Assembly: GCA_002919235.1 (NCBI GenBank)
Contig: PKEX01000029.1
Span: 48,583 to 112,582, forward strand
Reading direction: 5' to 3'
DNA: 64,000 nucleotides
From: Clostridia bacterium
GTDB lineage: Bacteria; Bacillota; Limnochordia; DTU080; RSA5
This document shows positions 1 through 10,075 of this stretch, piece after piece (within the stretch, counting starts at the first letter, position 1; each line of letters starts with the position of its first letter). The notes below the pieces were generated by a model that saw nothing but the letters and a program-made list of their open reading frames with translations, made no database searches and was not told the origin of the DNA. The translations under genes and the position numbers were made by a program.

Positions 1-956
1 TGGCCGGTCAAGACGCAGACCGCCCGGCTGCCTTTCGCGACGATTCCCTGCCGGTGAGCTTTGATCAAGCCTGCCAGGGACGCGGCGGAAGCCGGCTCGC
101 AGAAGATCCCTTCGATCGCGGCCAGCGCTTCGTAGGCCGCCAGGATCTCCTCGTCGGTCACGGCGTCGATCACGCCGCCCGACTCGTCGCGCGCCGCCAC
201 CGCCCCCTGCCAGCTGGCGGGATTTCCGATGCGGATCGCCGTCGCGACCGTTTCGGGATATGGGATCGGGTGGCCCCGTACGATGGGCGCCGCGCCGGCG
301 GCCTGGTAGCCCATCATCTTGGGCAGTTGCCTTGCCCGGCCGGCGCTCCGGTACTCCTTGAATCCCTTCCAGTACGCCGTGATGTTGCCGGCGTTGCCTA
401 CGGGGATGAAGAGGTAGTCGGGGGCTTCGCCCAGCTGGTCGACGATCTCGAAGGCGGCGCTTTTCTGCCCTTCGATGCGGTAGGGATTGATGGAGTTGAC
501 CAGCGTAATCGGGTACTTCTCCGTGAGGCTGCGGACCAGCCGGAGAGCGTCGTCAAAGTTGCCCCGGATGGCCACCACCTGGGCGCCGTGGGCGATGGCC
601 TGGCTCAGCTTGCCGAATGCGATGTTTCCTTCAGGGATCAAGACGATGGCCGCGAGGCCTGCCCGCGCGGCGTACGCCGCGGCCGAGGCGGAGGTGTTCC
701 CCGTCGACGCGCACATGACCGCCTGGGAGCCCGCTTCTTTCGCCTTGGTCAGCGCCACCGTCATCCCGCGGTCTTTGAAGGAGCCGGTGGGGTTGAGCCC
801 CTCGTACTTCACGTACACCTCGGCCTCGATGCCGAAGGCCTGGGCAAACCGGGAGACCGGGATGAGAGGCGTCGCCCCCTCCAGCAGGGTGACGATCTCC
901 GTGTCAGGGCCCACAGGCATGAACGGACGGTACGCTTCGATGATCCCGCGGTACAT
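1..956 (-). CDS. thrC: threonine synthase (partial; C-terminal ~35 aa lie beyond window start)
   Basis: Minus-strand translation from ATG 956-954 reads [18 protein letters not shown]...GSFKDRGM...[10 protein letters not shown] (PLP-dependent ThrC motifs) and stays open to position 1. It is absent from the ORF track because it runs off the edge. RBS GAAGGAGAG sits 7 nt upstream, and the gene lies 4 nt after the hom stop. Confidence 0.9.
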   Translation of the reverse strand, partial: MYRGIIEAYRPFMPVGPDTEIVTLLEGATPLIPVSRFAQAFGIEAEVYVKYEGLNPTGSFKDRGMTVALTKAKEAGSQAVMCASTGNTSASAAAYAARAGLAAIVLIPEGNIAFGKLSQAIAHGAQVVAIRGNFDDALRLVRSLTEKYPITLVNSINPYRIEGQKSAAFEIVDQLGEAPDYLFIPVGNAGNITAYWKGFKEYRSAGRARQLPKMMGYQAAGAAPIVRGHPIPYPETVATAIRIGNPASWQGAVAARDESGGVIDAVTDEEILAAYEALAAIEGIFCEPASAASLAGLIKAHRQGIVAKGSRAVCVLTG

Positions 957-960
957 CCCG

Positions 961-2259
961 TTACTCTCCTTCAACCCGGATGACGTTGGCGACGCTGCGC
1001 ACCACGGGCAGGGCGGCGATTTGCTTCAGCGCCGCCTGCATGTTCCTCTCCAGCACCTTGTGGGTGACGAACACCAGGCTGACCGGGTCTTCTCCCCTGC
1101 CCTTTTGAATGACGGAACTGATGCTCACTTCGTGGTCGCCGAAGGCCTTCGCAATCTGGGCTAGGACGCCGGGGCTGTCCACCACTTTGGCGTGCACGTA
1201 ATAGGACGAAACCACTTCCAAGGGCGACAGGACCCGCTTCTCCCGAACCGCCCCGCCGAGCCGGCCGTCCACCCCGCGGCGGATGTTCTGAGCCGCCTCC
1301 ACGATGTCGGCCACCACGGCGCTTCCCGTGGGAAGCTTGCCGGCGCCCCGGCCGTAAAACATCAGCTCGCCCACGGCGTCGCCCTCGATAAAGATGGCGT
1401 TGAACACGTCGTTGACGGCGGCCAGCGGGTGCTCTTTGGGCACCATGGTCGGGTGCACTCGGGCCTCGATGGTCTCCTCGTGGGCCTTGGCGATGGCGAG
1501 GAGCTTGATCACGTAGCCCAGCTCGTCCGCGTACGCCATATCTTCCGGCGTCACCCGGGTGATCCCCTCACGGTACACGTCGTCCACGGCCACGGGGGTC
1601 TCAAAAGCCAGCGACGCGAGGATGGCCAGCTTGTACGCGGCGTCGTGCCCTTCCACGTCCGACGTGGGATCCGCCTCGGCGTACCCCATCTCCTGGGCCT
1701 CTCTCAGGACCTCTTCGAACGGCCGTCCCTCGTGCGCCATCTTGGTCAGCATGTAGTTGGTAGTCCCGTTGATGATCCCCATGATCGCCTGGACCTCGTT
1801 GGCGACCAGGGCTTCCTTGATGGACTTGATGATGGGGATGCCGCCGGCGACGGCCGCCTCGAAATAGAGCCCTACCCGGTGTTCCCGGGCCAGCTGGATC
1901 AGCTCGCGGCCGTGCTTGGCGATGACGTCCTTGTTGGCCGTCACCACGTGCTTGCCCCGCTCCAGCGCCCCCGCGATGTAGCTCCTGGCCGGCTCGACCC
2001 GGCCGCCGGGGCAGCCGATGAGCTCGACGACGATGTCGATCGAAGGATCGTCCAGGATCTCCCCGGCGTCGGTGGTGATCCGTTCCAAAGCCACGGGGAC
2101 GCTGCGGGTCTTCGACGCATCCCGCACCAGGATCCGGCTGATCTCGATGGGGCCGCCGGAGCGGTGGGCAAGCTGCTCCGCGTGCTTTGCCATGATTTCG
2201 ACGACGCCGGAACCGACGGTGCCGAGGCCCATCAGCCCGACGCGGACCGGTGAGTGCAA
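961..2259 (-). CDS. hom: homoserine dehydrogenase
   Basis: 432 aa: [17 protein letters not shown]-binding N-terminus, a Hom catalytic core and a C-terminal ACT domain. TTG start with RBS GAAAGGAAG 6 nt upstream. Confidence 0.93.
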   Translation of the reverse strand: MHSPVRVGLMGLGTVGSGVVEIMAKHAEQLAHRSGGPIEISRILVRDASKTRSVPVALERITTDAGEILDDPSIDIVVELIGCPGGRVEPARSYIAGALERGKHVVTANKDVIAKHGRELIQLAREHRVGLYFEAAVAGGIPIIKSIKEALVANEVQAIMGIINGTTNYMLTKMAHEGRPFEEVLREAQEMGYAEADPTSDVEGHDAAYKLAILASLAFETPVAVDDVYREGITRVTPEDMAYADELGYVIKLLAIAKAHEETIEARVHPTMVPKEHPLAAVNDVFNAIFIEGDAVGELMFYGRGAGKLPTGSAVVADIVEAAQNIRRGVDGRLGGAVREKRVLSPLEVVSSYYVHAKVVDSPGVLAQIAKAFGDHEVSISSVIQKGRGEDPVSLVFVTHKVLERNMQAALKQIAALPVVRSVANVIRVEGE

Positions 2260-2294
2260 AGCGGACTTCCTTTCGGCAGTGACATCGAATATTA

Positions 2295-2323
2295 ATTATA
2301 GCATTCTTGGAGAGGGCTTGAAA
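2295..2323 (-). promoter_or_regulatory. sigma-A-type promoter for hom-thrC: -35 TTTCAA (2318-2323), 17-nt spacer, extended -10 TGcTATAAT (2295-2303)
   Basis: Read on the minus strand directly. An AT-rich patch, and the only promoter-like element in the 67-nt gap upstream of hom. The -35 lies 4 nt after the upstream gene's stop. Confidence 0.5.
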
Positions 2324-2326
2324 ACC

Positions 2327-3229
2327 TCACTCCACCAGATTGAAGGGGGGATCCGCCTCTCCCTCGACGCCGTGCAGCAGCTGGGAGAGGGGGACAAATT
2401 CCAGGCCTTTGGCGCGGACGCCGAGGATGATCCCCTCCAGCGCCTGGACGGTGGCTTCCCGGTTGCCCCCCTCCCGGCCGATCAGCGCGCCGCTGTCGTG
2501 AAAGAGCAAGATGTCGCCGGGCCTGGCTTCATTCACGATGCGCCGGACGATGGCTTGGGGCGAAAGGCTCCCCTGCCAATCGAAGCTGGAGCGGTTCCAA
2601 AGGACCACTTCCTGGCCGAGAAGGGCCGCCATCCGCCGGAACCGGCCGTCGTACAGGCCGCGCGGGGGCCGGACGTACCTCGGGTACTGGCCGGTCACCT
2701 CCAGGATGACGGCGGTCGTCCCCAGCATCTCTTCGTACAAGCGCTGGGTGGAGGCGGTGGGAACGTTGATGTGGGAGTAGGTGTGGTTCCCCACTTCGTG
2801 GCCGGCCTCGACCACCGCGGCCGCGATGTCGGGATACGCTTCCACGTGCGCACCGACCATAAAAAAGGTCGCGGGAACGCCGTGTTTTTCCAGGATCTCC
2901 AAGATCCTCGGGGTGTACTGGGGGCTGGGGCCGTCGTCGAACGTGAGCGCGACCCACGGCCGCGCGGGGTCACCCCGCCGGTAGATGTCGGGCTGGTGGC
3001 CGAAGCCGTGGTAGACGTAGAAGTTGGCCAAGAGGACGGTGACGCCCACCGCGCAGAGAAACAGGAATCCGTGCTTCAGAAGGGTCAGCAGCCGCCCGGG
3101 CCAGCGGGACGGGGCCCTGCGGCCTCGCCGCACCGCGGCGACCCGGTTCCAGAGCCACCCGAAGACGAGGTGCCACGCTCCTACGAAGAGCAGGGCCAAC
3201 GCCACTCTTAACGCAGTCTCCCACGGCAT
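2327..3229 (-). CDS. polysaccharide deacetylase family protein (NodB homology domain, N-terminal TM helix)
   Basis: 300 aa. Contains TFDDGP, HEVGNHTYSH and LLFHD motifs typical of CE4 deacetylases. Confidence 0.85.
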   Translation of the reverse strand: MPWETALRVALALLFVGAWHLVFGWLWNRVAAVRRGRRAPSRWPGRLLTLLKHGFLFLCAVGVTVLLANFYVYHGFGHQPDIYRRGDPARPWVALTFDDGPSPQYTPRILEILEKHGVPATFFMVGAHVEAYPDIAAAVVEAGHEVGNHTYSHINVPTASTQRLYEEMLGTTAVILEVTGQYPRYVRPPRGLYDGRFRRMAALLGQEVVLWNRSSFDWQGSLSPQAIVRRIVNEARPGDILLFHDSGALIGREGGNREATVQALEGIILGVRAKGLEFVPLSQLLHGVEGEADPPFNLVE

Positions 3230-3357
3230 ATCCCGACGGCTCCCCAGCGCCTGCGCGGCGATTCAAGGCTTCGAATACGGACCGTAATAGCGTGATATGT
3301 TTGGCGAGCCCGGCGGCTTCTCCTCTCGGCCTTGGCCGGGGAAGACTCTCCCGTCCT

Positions 3358-3403
3358 GGAAAAAGAGAGGCGGCCGCGCAGCGCATGGCGCGGCGCGGCC
3401 GCC
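3358..3403 (-). terminator. rho-independent terminator after hbs
   Basis: Minus-strand RNA: perfect 11-bp stem GGCGGCCGCGC/GCGCGGCCGCC with a 13-nt loop, followed by CUCUCUUUUUC. It begins 26 nt after the hbs stop. Confidence 0.6.
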
Positions 3404-3428
3404 GGCGACGTGCGGCGAACCGTGGCGC

Positions 3429-3707
3429 TTACTGCTGGAGGATCGCGTCCTTCAACGCTTTGCCAGGGCGGAAAACCGGCACCCGGCGCGCCCCAATCTC
3501 GATGGTCCTCCCCGTCTGGGGGTTCCGGCCGACGCGAGGCGCCCGCTCGCGCACCTCAAAGCTGCCAAAACCGACCAGCTGCACCTTATCTCCTTGGGCC
3601 AGCGCCGCCTGGATCGATTCGAACATCGCGTCGACCGCGGACGCCGCTTCCTTCTTGGAAAGGTTTCCCCTGGCCGCGACCTGGTCGATGAGCTCCGCCT
3701 TGTTCAT
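3429..3707 (-). CDS. hup: DNA-binding protein HU
   Basis: Internal ATG gives a 92-aa protein, [32 protein letters not shown]...[28 protein letters not shown], preceded by RBS GAGGAGGGTG. The track ORF 3429..3950 has a spurious N-terminal extension. Confidence 0.93.
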   Translation of the reverse strand: MNKAELIDQVAARGNLSKKEAASAVDAMFESIQAALAQGDKVQLVGFGSFEVRERAPRVGRNPQTGRTIEIGARRVPVFRPGKALKDAILQQ

Positions 3708-3787
3708 CTGCACCCTCCTCATGCGACGGTGGTCGGGCGTAGGGTGCCACGCTTCCAGGCTTTGTATGCGGCGCCGGCGGAACCGCT

Positions 3788-5266
3788 TCAAAGGATAATG
3801 CAGATGAGGCCGCCGCTGCCCTCGTTTAGGATCTTGGTGAGCGTCTCCTGCAGTTTCTTCTGGGCGTTGGCCGGCATGCGGGTGAGTTTGCTCTGGATCC
3901 CTTCTCTCACCAGGTCCTGCAGCGACTTGCCGAGGAAATCCGAGTTCCACACTTTGCTGGGATCCTTTTCAAACTCCTCCGACAGGTACCGCGCGAGCTC
4001 TTCTCCCTGCTTTTCGGTGCCCACGAAGGGGGTCACCTCGGTGACGATGTTCGCGCGCACCATGTGGATCGACGGGGCGCTGGCCTGCAGCTTGATGCCG
4101 AACTGGCCCCCGCGGCGGACGATCTCAGGCTCGTTGAAGCTGATATCTTCCAGCCGCGGCGTCACGATGCCGTACCCCGTCTCTTCCACCTGCGCCAGGG
4201 CCTCGGCGAACTTGTCGTACTCCGCCTTGGCATGGGCGAGATCTCGCATGAGACGGATCAAGTGGTGATCGCCTTGGATCTCGAAGCCGGTGAGCTCCTG
4301 GAGCACCTGGTAGAAGAGGTTTTCCCTCACGCCCAGCTGGATGGTGGCGGACCCGGAGCCCAGCGACATCCCCGCCAGCGACACCCGGTCGATGAACTCG
4401 TACTCGGCGAAGCGCTGCACCGCCCGGTCGACGTCCCGCAGGCGCTCCACCGGAGCGATGGTCTCTTCGATGGCCTCCAGGTACCGCCGGGTGAGCCAGT
4501 GGTCGGCGTCCAGCTCCTCCACCCACGCGGGGAGGCGGACGCCGATCTCCCGCACCGGGAACTCGAACAGCACCTCGTGAAGGAGCTCGAGGATCTCCGT
4601 CTCGGTCATCTCCAGGCAGTTGACGGGGCACACCGCGACGCCGTGGCGCTCCTCAAGCTCCTGGGCCAGCGCCCGGGCGGCCGGGCTTTCGGGCCGGGTG
4701 GAATTGAGAAGGACCAGGAAGGGCTTGCCGATCTCTTTGAGCTCCCGGATCACTCGCTCTTCCGCGTCGAGGTAGGCGGAGCGCGGCAAGTCGGTGATGG
4801 AGCCGTCGGTCACCACCACCAGGCCGATGGTGGAATGCTCCTCGATCACTTTCCGGGTGCCGATCTCGGCCGCCTCTTCGAACGGGATCTCCCGGTCGAA
4901 CCACGGCGTGCGCACCATGCGGGGCCCGCCTTCTTCGTGGAAGCCCAACGCCCCTTGGACGGCGTAGCCCACGCAGTCGACCAGCCGCACTTTGAAGCTG
5001 ATGTTTTCCTGGAAGGTGATCTCTACGGGTTCATCCGGGACGAAATGAGGCTGGGTGGTCATCACCGTCCTGCCCGCGCCGCTCTGGGGCAGCTCGTCGC
5101 GGGCTCGCTCCCGGGCGTGCTCGTCCTGGATGTTGGGAAGCACCAGGAGATCCATGAACCTCTTGATGAAGGTGGACTTTCCGGTGCGAACCGGACCCAC
5201 CACTCCGATATAGATGCTGCCGCCGGTGCGTTCGGAGATGTCTCGGAAGATGTCGAAGCGCTCCAC
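3788..5266 (-). CDS. spoIVA: stage IV sporulation protein A (coat-basement ATPase)
   Basis: 492 aa, near-collinear with B. subtilis SpoIVA ([15 protein letters not shown] Walker A ... [12 protein letters not shown]-terminus). GTG start with RBS GAAGGAGGGA. Confidence 0.95.
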   Translation of the reverse strand: MERFDIFRDISERTGGSIYIGVVGPVRTGKSTFIKRFMDLLVLPNIQDEHARERARDELPQSGAGRTVMTTQPHFVPDEPVEITFQENISFKVRLVDCVGYAVQGALGFHEEGGPRMVRTPWFDREIPFEEAAEIGTRKVIEEHSTIGLVVVTDGSITDLPRSAYLDAEERVIRELKEIGKPFLVLLNSTRPESPAARALAQELEERHGVAVCPVNCLEMTETEILELLHEVLFEFPVREIGVRLPAWVEELDADHWLTRRYLEAIEETIAPVERLRDVDRAVQRFAEYEFIDRVSLAGMSLGSGSATIQLGVRENLFYQVLQELTGFEIQGDHHLIRLMRDLAHAKAEYDKFAEALAQVEETGYGIVTPRLEDISFNEPEIVRRGGQFGIKLQASAPSIHMVRANIVTEVTPFVGTEKQGEELARYLSEEFEKDPSKVWNSDFLGKSLQDLVREGIQSKLTRMPANAQKKLQETLTKILNEGSGGLICIIL

Positions 5267-5325
5267 GTCCGCCAGGTCCCTCCTTCGCGGGTCTCACGGC
5301 ACCGAATGCCGGCACACGACAGTAG

Positions 5326-5356
5326 ATCTATATGGACCCGGGGGACGGGGTATGAC
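5326..5356 (-). promoter_or_regulatory. candidate sigma-E-like promoter for spoIVA: -35 TCATACC-like (approx 5349-5356), 15-nt spacer, -10 CATATAGAT (5326-5334)
   Basis: A local AT-rich island about 60 nt upstream of spoIVA. It only partly matches kmATATT-N14-CATACAmT. spoIVA is sigma-E dependent in B. subtilis. Confidence 0.25.
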
Positions 5357-5387
5357 GCGCTTTGGGACGCGCCGGGCGGGCCTTTGG

Positions 5388-6404
5388 CTAGGAGAACAAG
5401 TCGAGGAGCTCGCTCTTGGGGTCCCTCCCCATGAGCTCCCACACGGCGGTCTCCGGCCTCTTGCCGCCGAAGAGGACGTCGCTGACGGCCTTGGTAATCG
5501 GCATCTCGACGCCCATGCGCTCTGCGAGGACCAGTGCCGCCCGGCACGTGGGAATGCCTTCGATGACCATCGGGGTCGAGCGGATCACGTCCTCCACGGG
5601 CACGCCCTGACCGATGAGGCGGCCTGCCCGGGCGTTCCGGCTATGCGTGCTGCTGCACGTGGCTACCAGATCTCCGACTCCCGACAGGCCGCTGAAGGTG
5701 ATGGGATGGGCCCCCATGGCGATGCCCAGGCGGGCGATCTCCACCAGGCCCCGGGTGATGATGGCGGCCTTCGTGTTGTCGCCGAACCCCAGGCCGTCCG
5801 CGATGCCGGCGGCCAAGGCGATGACGTTCTTCAACGCGCCGCCCAGTTCCACCCCGACCACGTCGTCGCTGGTGTAGACGCGGAACATGGGGGCCATCAA
5901 GAGCTCCTGCCACGCGCCGGCGGTCTCGGCTTGGTAGGCGGCCACGACGGTGGCGGTCGGCAGGCCTTTGGCCACCTCCTCGGCATGGTTTGGGCCGGAG
6001 AGGACGGCCAGCTGCCGCTTATCCAGTTTGCCGCCGTCGAGCAGCACTTCGGAGAGCCGCCGGCCGGTGGCGATCTCGATCCCTTTGGCCGTGTTGACCA
6101 CGGAATGCATCGGGGTGATATACGGCGACAGCCGCTCCCACACGCTGCGCAGCCCTTGGGAGGGGACGGCCAGGATCAAGAAGGGGAGCCGGGCCACTTC
6201 CTCCAGTTCCGAGGTGACCTCCACCGCCTCGGGCAAGCGGTGGCCAGGAAGATAGGTCTCGTTCACCCGGGTGGTGCGGAGCCGCTCCGCCTTGGCCGGG
6301 TCGCGCGCCCAGAGGGCGACGCGGCGGCCCCGGCGGGCGAGAAGAATAGACAGGGCGCTTCCCCACCCGCCTGCGCCCACAATCCCGACGGCCGCGTCCT
6401 TCAC
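5388..6404 (-). CDS. gpsA: NAD(P)H-dependent glycerol-3-phosphate dehydrogenase
   Basis: GIVGAGGWGSAL Rossmann motif and GpsA core. GTG start overlaps the plsY stop (GTGA). The track's upstream extension is rejected. Confidence 0.9.
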   Translation of the reverse strand: MKDAAVGIVGAGGWGSALSILLARRGRRVALWARDPAKAERLRTTRVNETYLPGHRLPEAVEVTSELEEVARLPFLILAVPSQGLRSVWERLSPYITPMHSVVNTAKGIEIATGRRLSEVLLDGGKLDKRQLAVLSGPNHAEEVAKGLPTATVVAAYQAETAGAWQELLMAPMFRVYTSDDVVGVELGGALKNVIALAAGIADGLGFGDNTKAAIITRGLVEIARLGIAMGAHPITFSGLSGVGDLVATCSSTHSRNARAGRLIGQGVPVEDVIRSTPMVIEGIPTCRAALVLAERMGVEMPITKAVSDVLFGGKRPETAVWELMGRDPKSELLDLFS

Positions 6405-7012
6405 CGGCGTTCCATCCTCTCCGTGGCCCGCTCGCCGAACCGGTACTCCGTCCCTGCCAGCAGGCGGCTCAGATTGGACCGGTGCCGCCAAAAGGCGAGA
6501 AGACTGATGAGAGCGGCGCTGGCCACGTACTGGGGGCCGTGCCCCAGCGCCCACAAGAGCACCGGCATGGCCACCGCTCCCGTAAGCGACGCGACCGAAA
6601 TGTAGCGGGTGGCGAACACCACCAGCGCCCACACGGCGAGAAGCGCCGCCGCCACCCTAAGGTCCAGGGCGAGGGCGACCCCCAGCGCCGTCGCGATGCC
6701 TTTTCCGCCGTTGAACTTCAAGAACACGGACCAGACGTGTCCCGCGACGGCACCGAACCCCGCAGCCGCGACGGTCCAGTCGGAAAGGCCCAGGCCCTGC
6801 GCGGCCGCCACCGGGACCGCCCCTTTGAGGACGTCCAGGACCAGGACGACGGTGGCCGCCGCCTTGCCCACCGTGCGCATCACGTTGGACGTGCCGATGT
6901 TGCCGCTGCCGTGCTCCCGCACGTCCACCGATCCCCAAAGCTTTCCGACGATCAAGCCGAAGGGGATCGAACCCAAAAGGTAACTTCCAAGAAGCAAGAC
7001 AAACCCGGTCAT
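6401..7012 (-). CDS. plsY: glycerol-3-phosphate acyltransferase PlsY
   Basis: 203 aa multi-TM protein with GSGNIGTSNVMR, an FKFNGGKG-like stretch and other PlsY signature regions. Confidence 0.92.
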   Translation of the reverse strand: MTGFVLLLGSYLLGSIPFGLIVGKLWGSVDVREHGSGNIGTSNVMRTVGKAAATVVLVLDVLKGAVPVAAAQGLGLSDWTVAAAGFGAVAGHVWSVFLKFNGGKGIATALGVALALDLRVAAALLAVWALVVFATRYISVASLTGAVAMPVLLWALGHGPQYVASAALISLLAFWRHRSNLSRLLAGTEYRFGERATERMERR

Positions 7013-7045
7013 ATCCTTCCCTCGCCCCCGGTCCGCCGGTCCGTC

Positions 7046-8359
7046 CTACTCCCGCTTGCGCAGGCGGAATCGGATCGGCGTTCCGACGAACCCGAAGTTC
7101 TCCCTCAGCTGGTTTTCGAGATACCGCAAGTAAGAGTAGTGCATCAGTTTCGGCTCGTTGACGAACAAGACGAAGGTGGGCGGTTTGACGCCCGACTGAG
7201 TGCCGTAGTAGATCCGCAGGCGCTCTCCTTTGTCCGTAGGCGGCTCAAGCCGCATGGTCGCCTGGTGAAGCACCTCGTTGAGCCGTCCCGTCGAGATCCT
7301 CAAGGCGTGCTGGTTCGCAACGTAATGCGCCAGCTCGAAGACCCGGTGAACCCGCTGGCCGGTCTTGGCGGAGAGGAAGAGGATCGGCGCGTACTGGAGA
7401 AAGCCCAGCTGCTCACGGATCTGCTCTTCAAAGCGGTCTGCCGTCTTGTCGTCCTTTTCGACGAGGTCCCACTTGTTGACGCCGATGATCATGCCCTTGC
7501 CGGCCTCATGGGCGTAGCCCGCGATCCGCTTGTCCTGCTCGGTGACGAGTTCGGTGGCGTCCAGGAGCAGGACGCAGACGTCGGCCCGGTCGACGGCCCG
7601 CAGCGCCCGGATGACGCTGTAGCGCTCCACCGGCTCTTCGATCCGGCTGCGCCGCCGGATGCCCGCCGTATCGATCAGCGTGTAGCGGATCCCGTCCCGG
7701 GTCACGTGGGAGTCCAGCGCGTCCCGCGTAGTGCCCGGGATCTCCGTGACGATGCTGCGCTCTTCTCCCAGCATCCGGTTGACCAGCGACGACTTGCCCA
7801 CGTTGGGCCGGCCGATGACGGCGACGCGCACCTCGTCTTCCGCCTCGTCCTCCTCCCCACCGGCCGGCAGCAGCTGGATCATCCGGTCCAAAAGATCGGC
7901 GATCCCAAGGCCGTGCTCGGCCGAGACCGGCAGAGGGTCGCCCAACCCCAGGGCGTAAAACTCCGCGGCCTGAGGGACCAGCCGCCGGTGGTCCACCTTG
8001 TTGGCTACCACCAGCACCGGCTTCTGCGAGCGGCGAAGGGCGCCGGCCACCTCCTGGTCAGGGGCGACCAGCCCGTCCCGGGCGTCGACCACGAACAGGA
8101 TGACGTCGGCCTCCTCGACGGCCAGCTCCGCCTGGCGCCGCGCGAGGGCGGCGAAGCCTTCCCTTGCCCCGAAGTCGATTCCGCCGGTGTCCACCAGGAT
8201 GAAGCGGCGCCCCTGCCACTGGCACTCGGCGTAGATCCGGTCGCGCGTCACTCCCGGCTCGCCTTCGACGATGGCCAGCCGGCGGCCGGCGATGCGGTTG
8301 AAGAGGGCCGACTTTCCTACGTTCGGACGTCCGACGATGGCGACGATTCCTTTGGCCAC
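7046..8359 (-). CDS. der: ribosome-biogenesis GTPase Der (EngA)
   Basis: 437 aa with two tandem GTPase domains (GRPNVGKS twice) and a KH-like C-terminal domain. GTG start with RBS GAAGGTG. Confidence 0.95.
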   Translation of the reverse strand: MAKGIVAIVGRPNVGKSALFNRIAGRRLAIVEGEPGVTRDRIYAECQWQGRRFILVDTGGIDFGAREGFAALARRQAELAVEEADVILFVVDARDGLVAPDQEVAGALRRSQKPVLVVANKVDHRRLVPQAAEFYALGLGDPLPVSAEHGLGIADLLDRMIQLLPAGGEEDEAEDEVRVAVIGRPNVGKSSLVNRMLGEERSIVTEIPGTTRDALDSHVTRDGIRYTLIDTAGIRRRSRIEEPVERYSVIRALRAVDRADVCVLLLDATELVTEQDKRIAGYAHEAGKGMIIGVNKWDLVEKDDKTADRFEEQIREQLGFLQYAPILFLSAKTGQRVHRVFELAHYVANQHALRISTGRLNEVLHQATMRLEPPTDKGERLRIYYGTQSGVKPPTFVLFVNEPKLMHYSYLRYLENQLRENFGFVGTPIRFRLRKRE

Positions 8360-8454
8360 GGCGACACACCTTCAGCTTTGCGGCAAAGTGGCGGCGTCCA
8401 AAGTACGCCGCCGCCGAGCGCTGTACTCTTCGGGACACTGGCACGGGTTTCCTC

Positions 8455-8919
8455 TCACGCCCGCGCAGGCAGCTTTCGCTTGACCTCCTCCACCAGGCGG
8501 ACAAGGCGCGGGAAGGCCTTGGCCGTGCCGTACGCCGCCAAGGGCCGGCCCAGCGCGACCCAACCGAGCCGCCGCGAGAGGAAGCCCCCCACTCGCATGA
8601 TGAGGTTCACTTCGGCCAGCGTGTCGACGAAGAGAATCTCGTCGGGCGAGCCCCCTGCCAAGGCGAAGCCGCTCTTGAGGGCGCGTTCGGCCACTTCGCG
8701 CGCCGCGCCCCGGCCCAAGACGTACACTTCGTGACCTTGGACGTCGCTTCCCATGAAGTCGAGGATGCCCATGTCGCCGGCGCCGACGTCGTCGAATCGG
8801 GGAATGGAAAGCAGGTCCCGAGGGCGCGGGGCCCTGTCCGCCGGGAGCAGGCCCAGGTGGATGGCCGCGGCGGCCCGGGAAGAGTGAGCCCCGCCGTAGC
8901 AGCTGTAAACTACCTTCAT
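8455..8919 (-). CDS. DUF3189-like hypothetical protein
   Basis: 154 aa beginning MKVVYSCYGGAHSS, the characteristic start of the DUF3189 family (from memory). Its ATG overlaps the stop of the upstream mini-ORF (ATGA). Confidence 0.55.
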   Translation of the reverse strand: MKVVYSCYGGAHSSRAAAAIHLGLLPADRAPRPRDLLSIPRFDDVGAGDMGILDFMGSDVQGHEVYVLGRGAAREVAERALKSGFALAGGSPDEILFVDTLAEVNLIMRVGGFLSRRLGWVALGRPLAAYGTAKAFPRLVRLVEEVKRKLPARA

Positions 8920-9113
8920 CCGTGCTTGACCACGATGTAGGTGCCGTTTCGAAGGTCGTGGACCATGCCCAGGGTGATAGCGCCGATGTATTTTGCCACC
9001 CGCTCCCGCTCTTTCTCGTCGCGGATGCGAAAGACCACTGCGCTCCCGCTGGGCGCGGGCTCTTCATCCGACGTGATCACGGCCAGGATGGAGTGGGTGA
9101 TGCTGACGTGCAA
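8916..9113 (-). CDS. small hypothetical protein (65 aa)
   Basis: TTG start. Its stop overlaps the start of the DUF3189-like gene, so translational coupling supports that it is real. I recognise no family. Confidence 0.4.
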   Translation of the reverse strand: MHVSITHSILAVITSDEEPAPSGSAVVFRIRDEKERERVAKYIGAITLGMVHDLRNGTYIVVKHG

Positions 9114-9139
9114 CGGGAAAGCCCCCTTCTTGCGCGCGT

Positions 9140-10060
9140 TCAGTCGACCATCCGCCCCGCCACCGACGCCGTGGGCCGGCGCACCGCCGCCTCCAGCACT
9201 GGAACCCTGCGGATCGCCTCCAGGAGGGCTTCGGGATTGCGCTCTGCGGGCACGATGGCCATCACCACTTTGCCGGTCTTGCCGTCCCGGCGGACCAGGG
9301 GCGTAAAGTACGGCTCGTCTACCTCTTTGGTGATGCCGACCACGGTGGAGGCGTCGTGCGCGATGGCCTGCCTCTGGCCGATGTTGGCCAGCGTCGCCTT
9401 GGCGCTAGGGTCTTTGGGTGTCAGCACCACCCCGATCCCCTCCCTCAGGTAGCGCTGGCGCGCCTCCTCTAATCCGATATTCATCAAGACGACGCCGCAG
9501 ACCGTGAGCAGCGGCCCGTCGAACTCGATGGGGGCCAGCTCAAGGTCGGCCAGGTCGCCCACGACGTGCTGCCCACGGACGGCGCGCTTGATGGCGAGCC
9601 ACACCAGCGCGCCAGCGGCCGTGCCGGCAGCCAGGGCGGCAGCCAGGTTCTCCAGCAGCTCGCCCGCGACCACCACCGCCCCGCTGGAGACGAAGGCGGT
9701 GAGCATCGCGAGGTAGTTCCGGGCCTCAAACACCCGGGCGATCCCTTCGATATATGCCTTTCCCCGCGGCACCAGTTCCGAGTCTTCCAGGTTGAGCAGG
9801 GTCTCCCGCTCGATGGCGCGCACCTCGCGAAACTGCGTGGCGGCCAAGGCGAGGAAGCTGGCCGCGGCGAAGTCTTTCACCGCCAGCGCCGGGATGGCGA
9901 CGGCGCCCAGGAACGCCGCGATGACCGCCAGCGTCATGTGGATGGTGTACCCTTGCGGGTAGCTGGGGTACTGCCGGTAGTCGACGATCAGCGTGTCGAG
10001 GCGGGCCAGCGCCCCGGCGCACGTGCCCAAGATCACCGCGCCCACCAGATGCGACGACAT
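9140..10060 (-). CDS. YIEGIA-family sporulation-associated membrane protein
   Basis: Contains the literal motif YIEGIARVFEAR and several TM segments. Internal ATG (MSSHLVGAVILG...) with RBS GAGGGGTG 9 nt upstream. The GTG start at 10072 is rejected. Confidence 0.65.
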   Translation of the reverse strand: MSSHLVGAVILGTCAGALARLDTLIVDYRQYPSYPQGYTIHMTLAVIAAFLGAVAIPALAVKDFAAASFLALAATQFREVRAIERETLLNLEDSELVPRGKAYIEGIARVFEARNYLAMLTAFVSSGAVVVAGELLENLAAALAAGTAAGALVWLAIKRAVRGQHVVGDLADLELAPIEFDGPLLTVCGVVLMNIGLEEARQRYLREGIGVVLTPKDPSAKATLANIGQRQAIAHDASTVVGITKEVDEPYFTPLVRRDGKTGKVVMAIVPAERNPEALLEAIRRVPVLEAAVRRPTASVAGRMVD

Positions 10061-10075
10061 GGTCACCGGCACCCC

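Noticed and set aside
3708-3950. N-terminal extensions in track ORFs for hup (3429..3950), aroH (18349..19233), recA (33007..34206), argS (41359..43512), the dnaN paralog (43517..45247), gpsA, spoIIP, the dipeptidase and the MPE
   Set aside because: In each case an internal ATG/GTG aligns with the conserved protein N-terminus and has a proper Shine-Dalgarno. The upstream extension is Arg/Pro-rich and overlaps the neighbouring gene or a terminator.
6482-8734. Very long plus-strand ORFs antisense to known genes (for example 6482..8734, 9566..11584, 11993..13534, 24678..26774, 40552..43560)
   Set aside because: They lie entirely opposite well-supported conserved genes and have Arg/Gly/Pro-rich low-complexity translations. 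There are no RBS-supported starts. This is the typical high-GC alternative-frame artefact.
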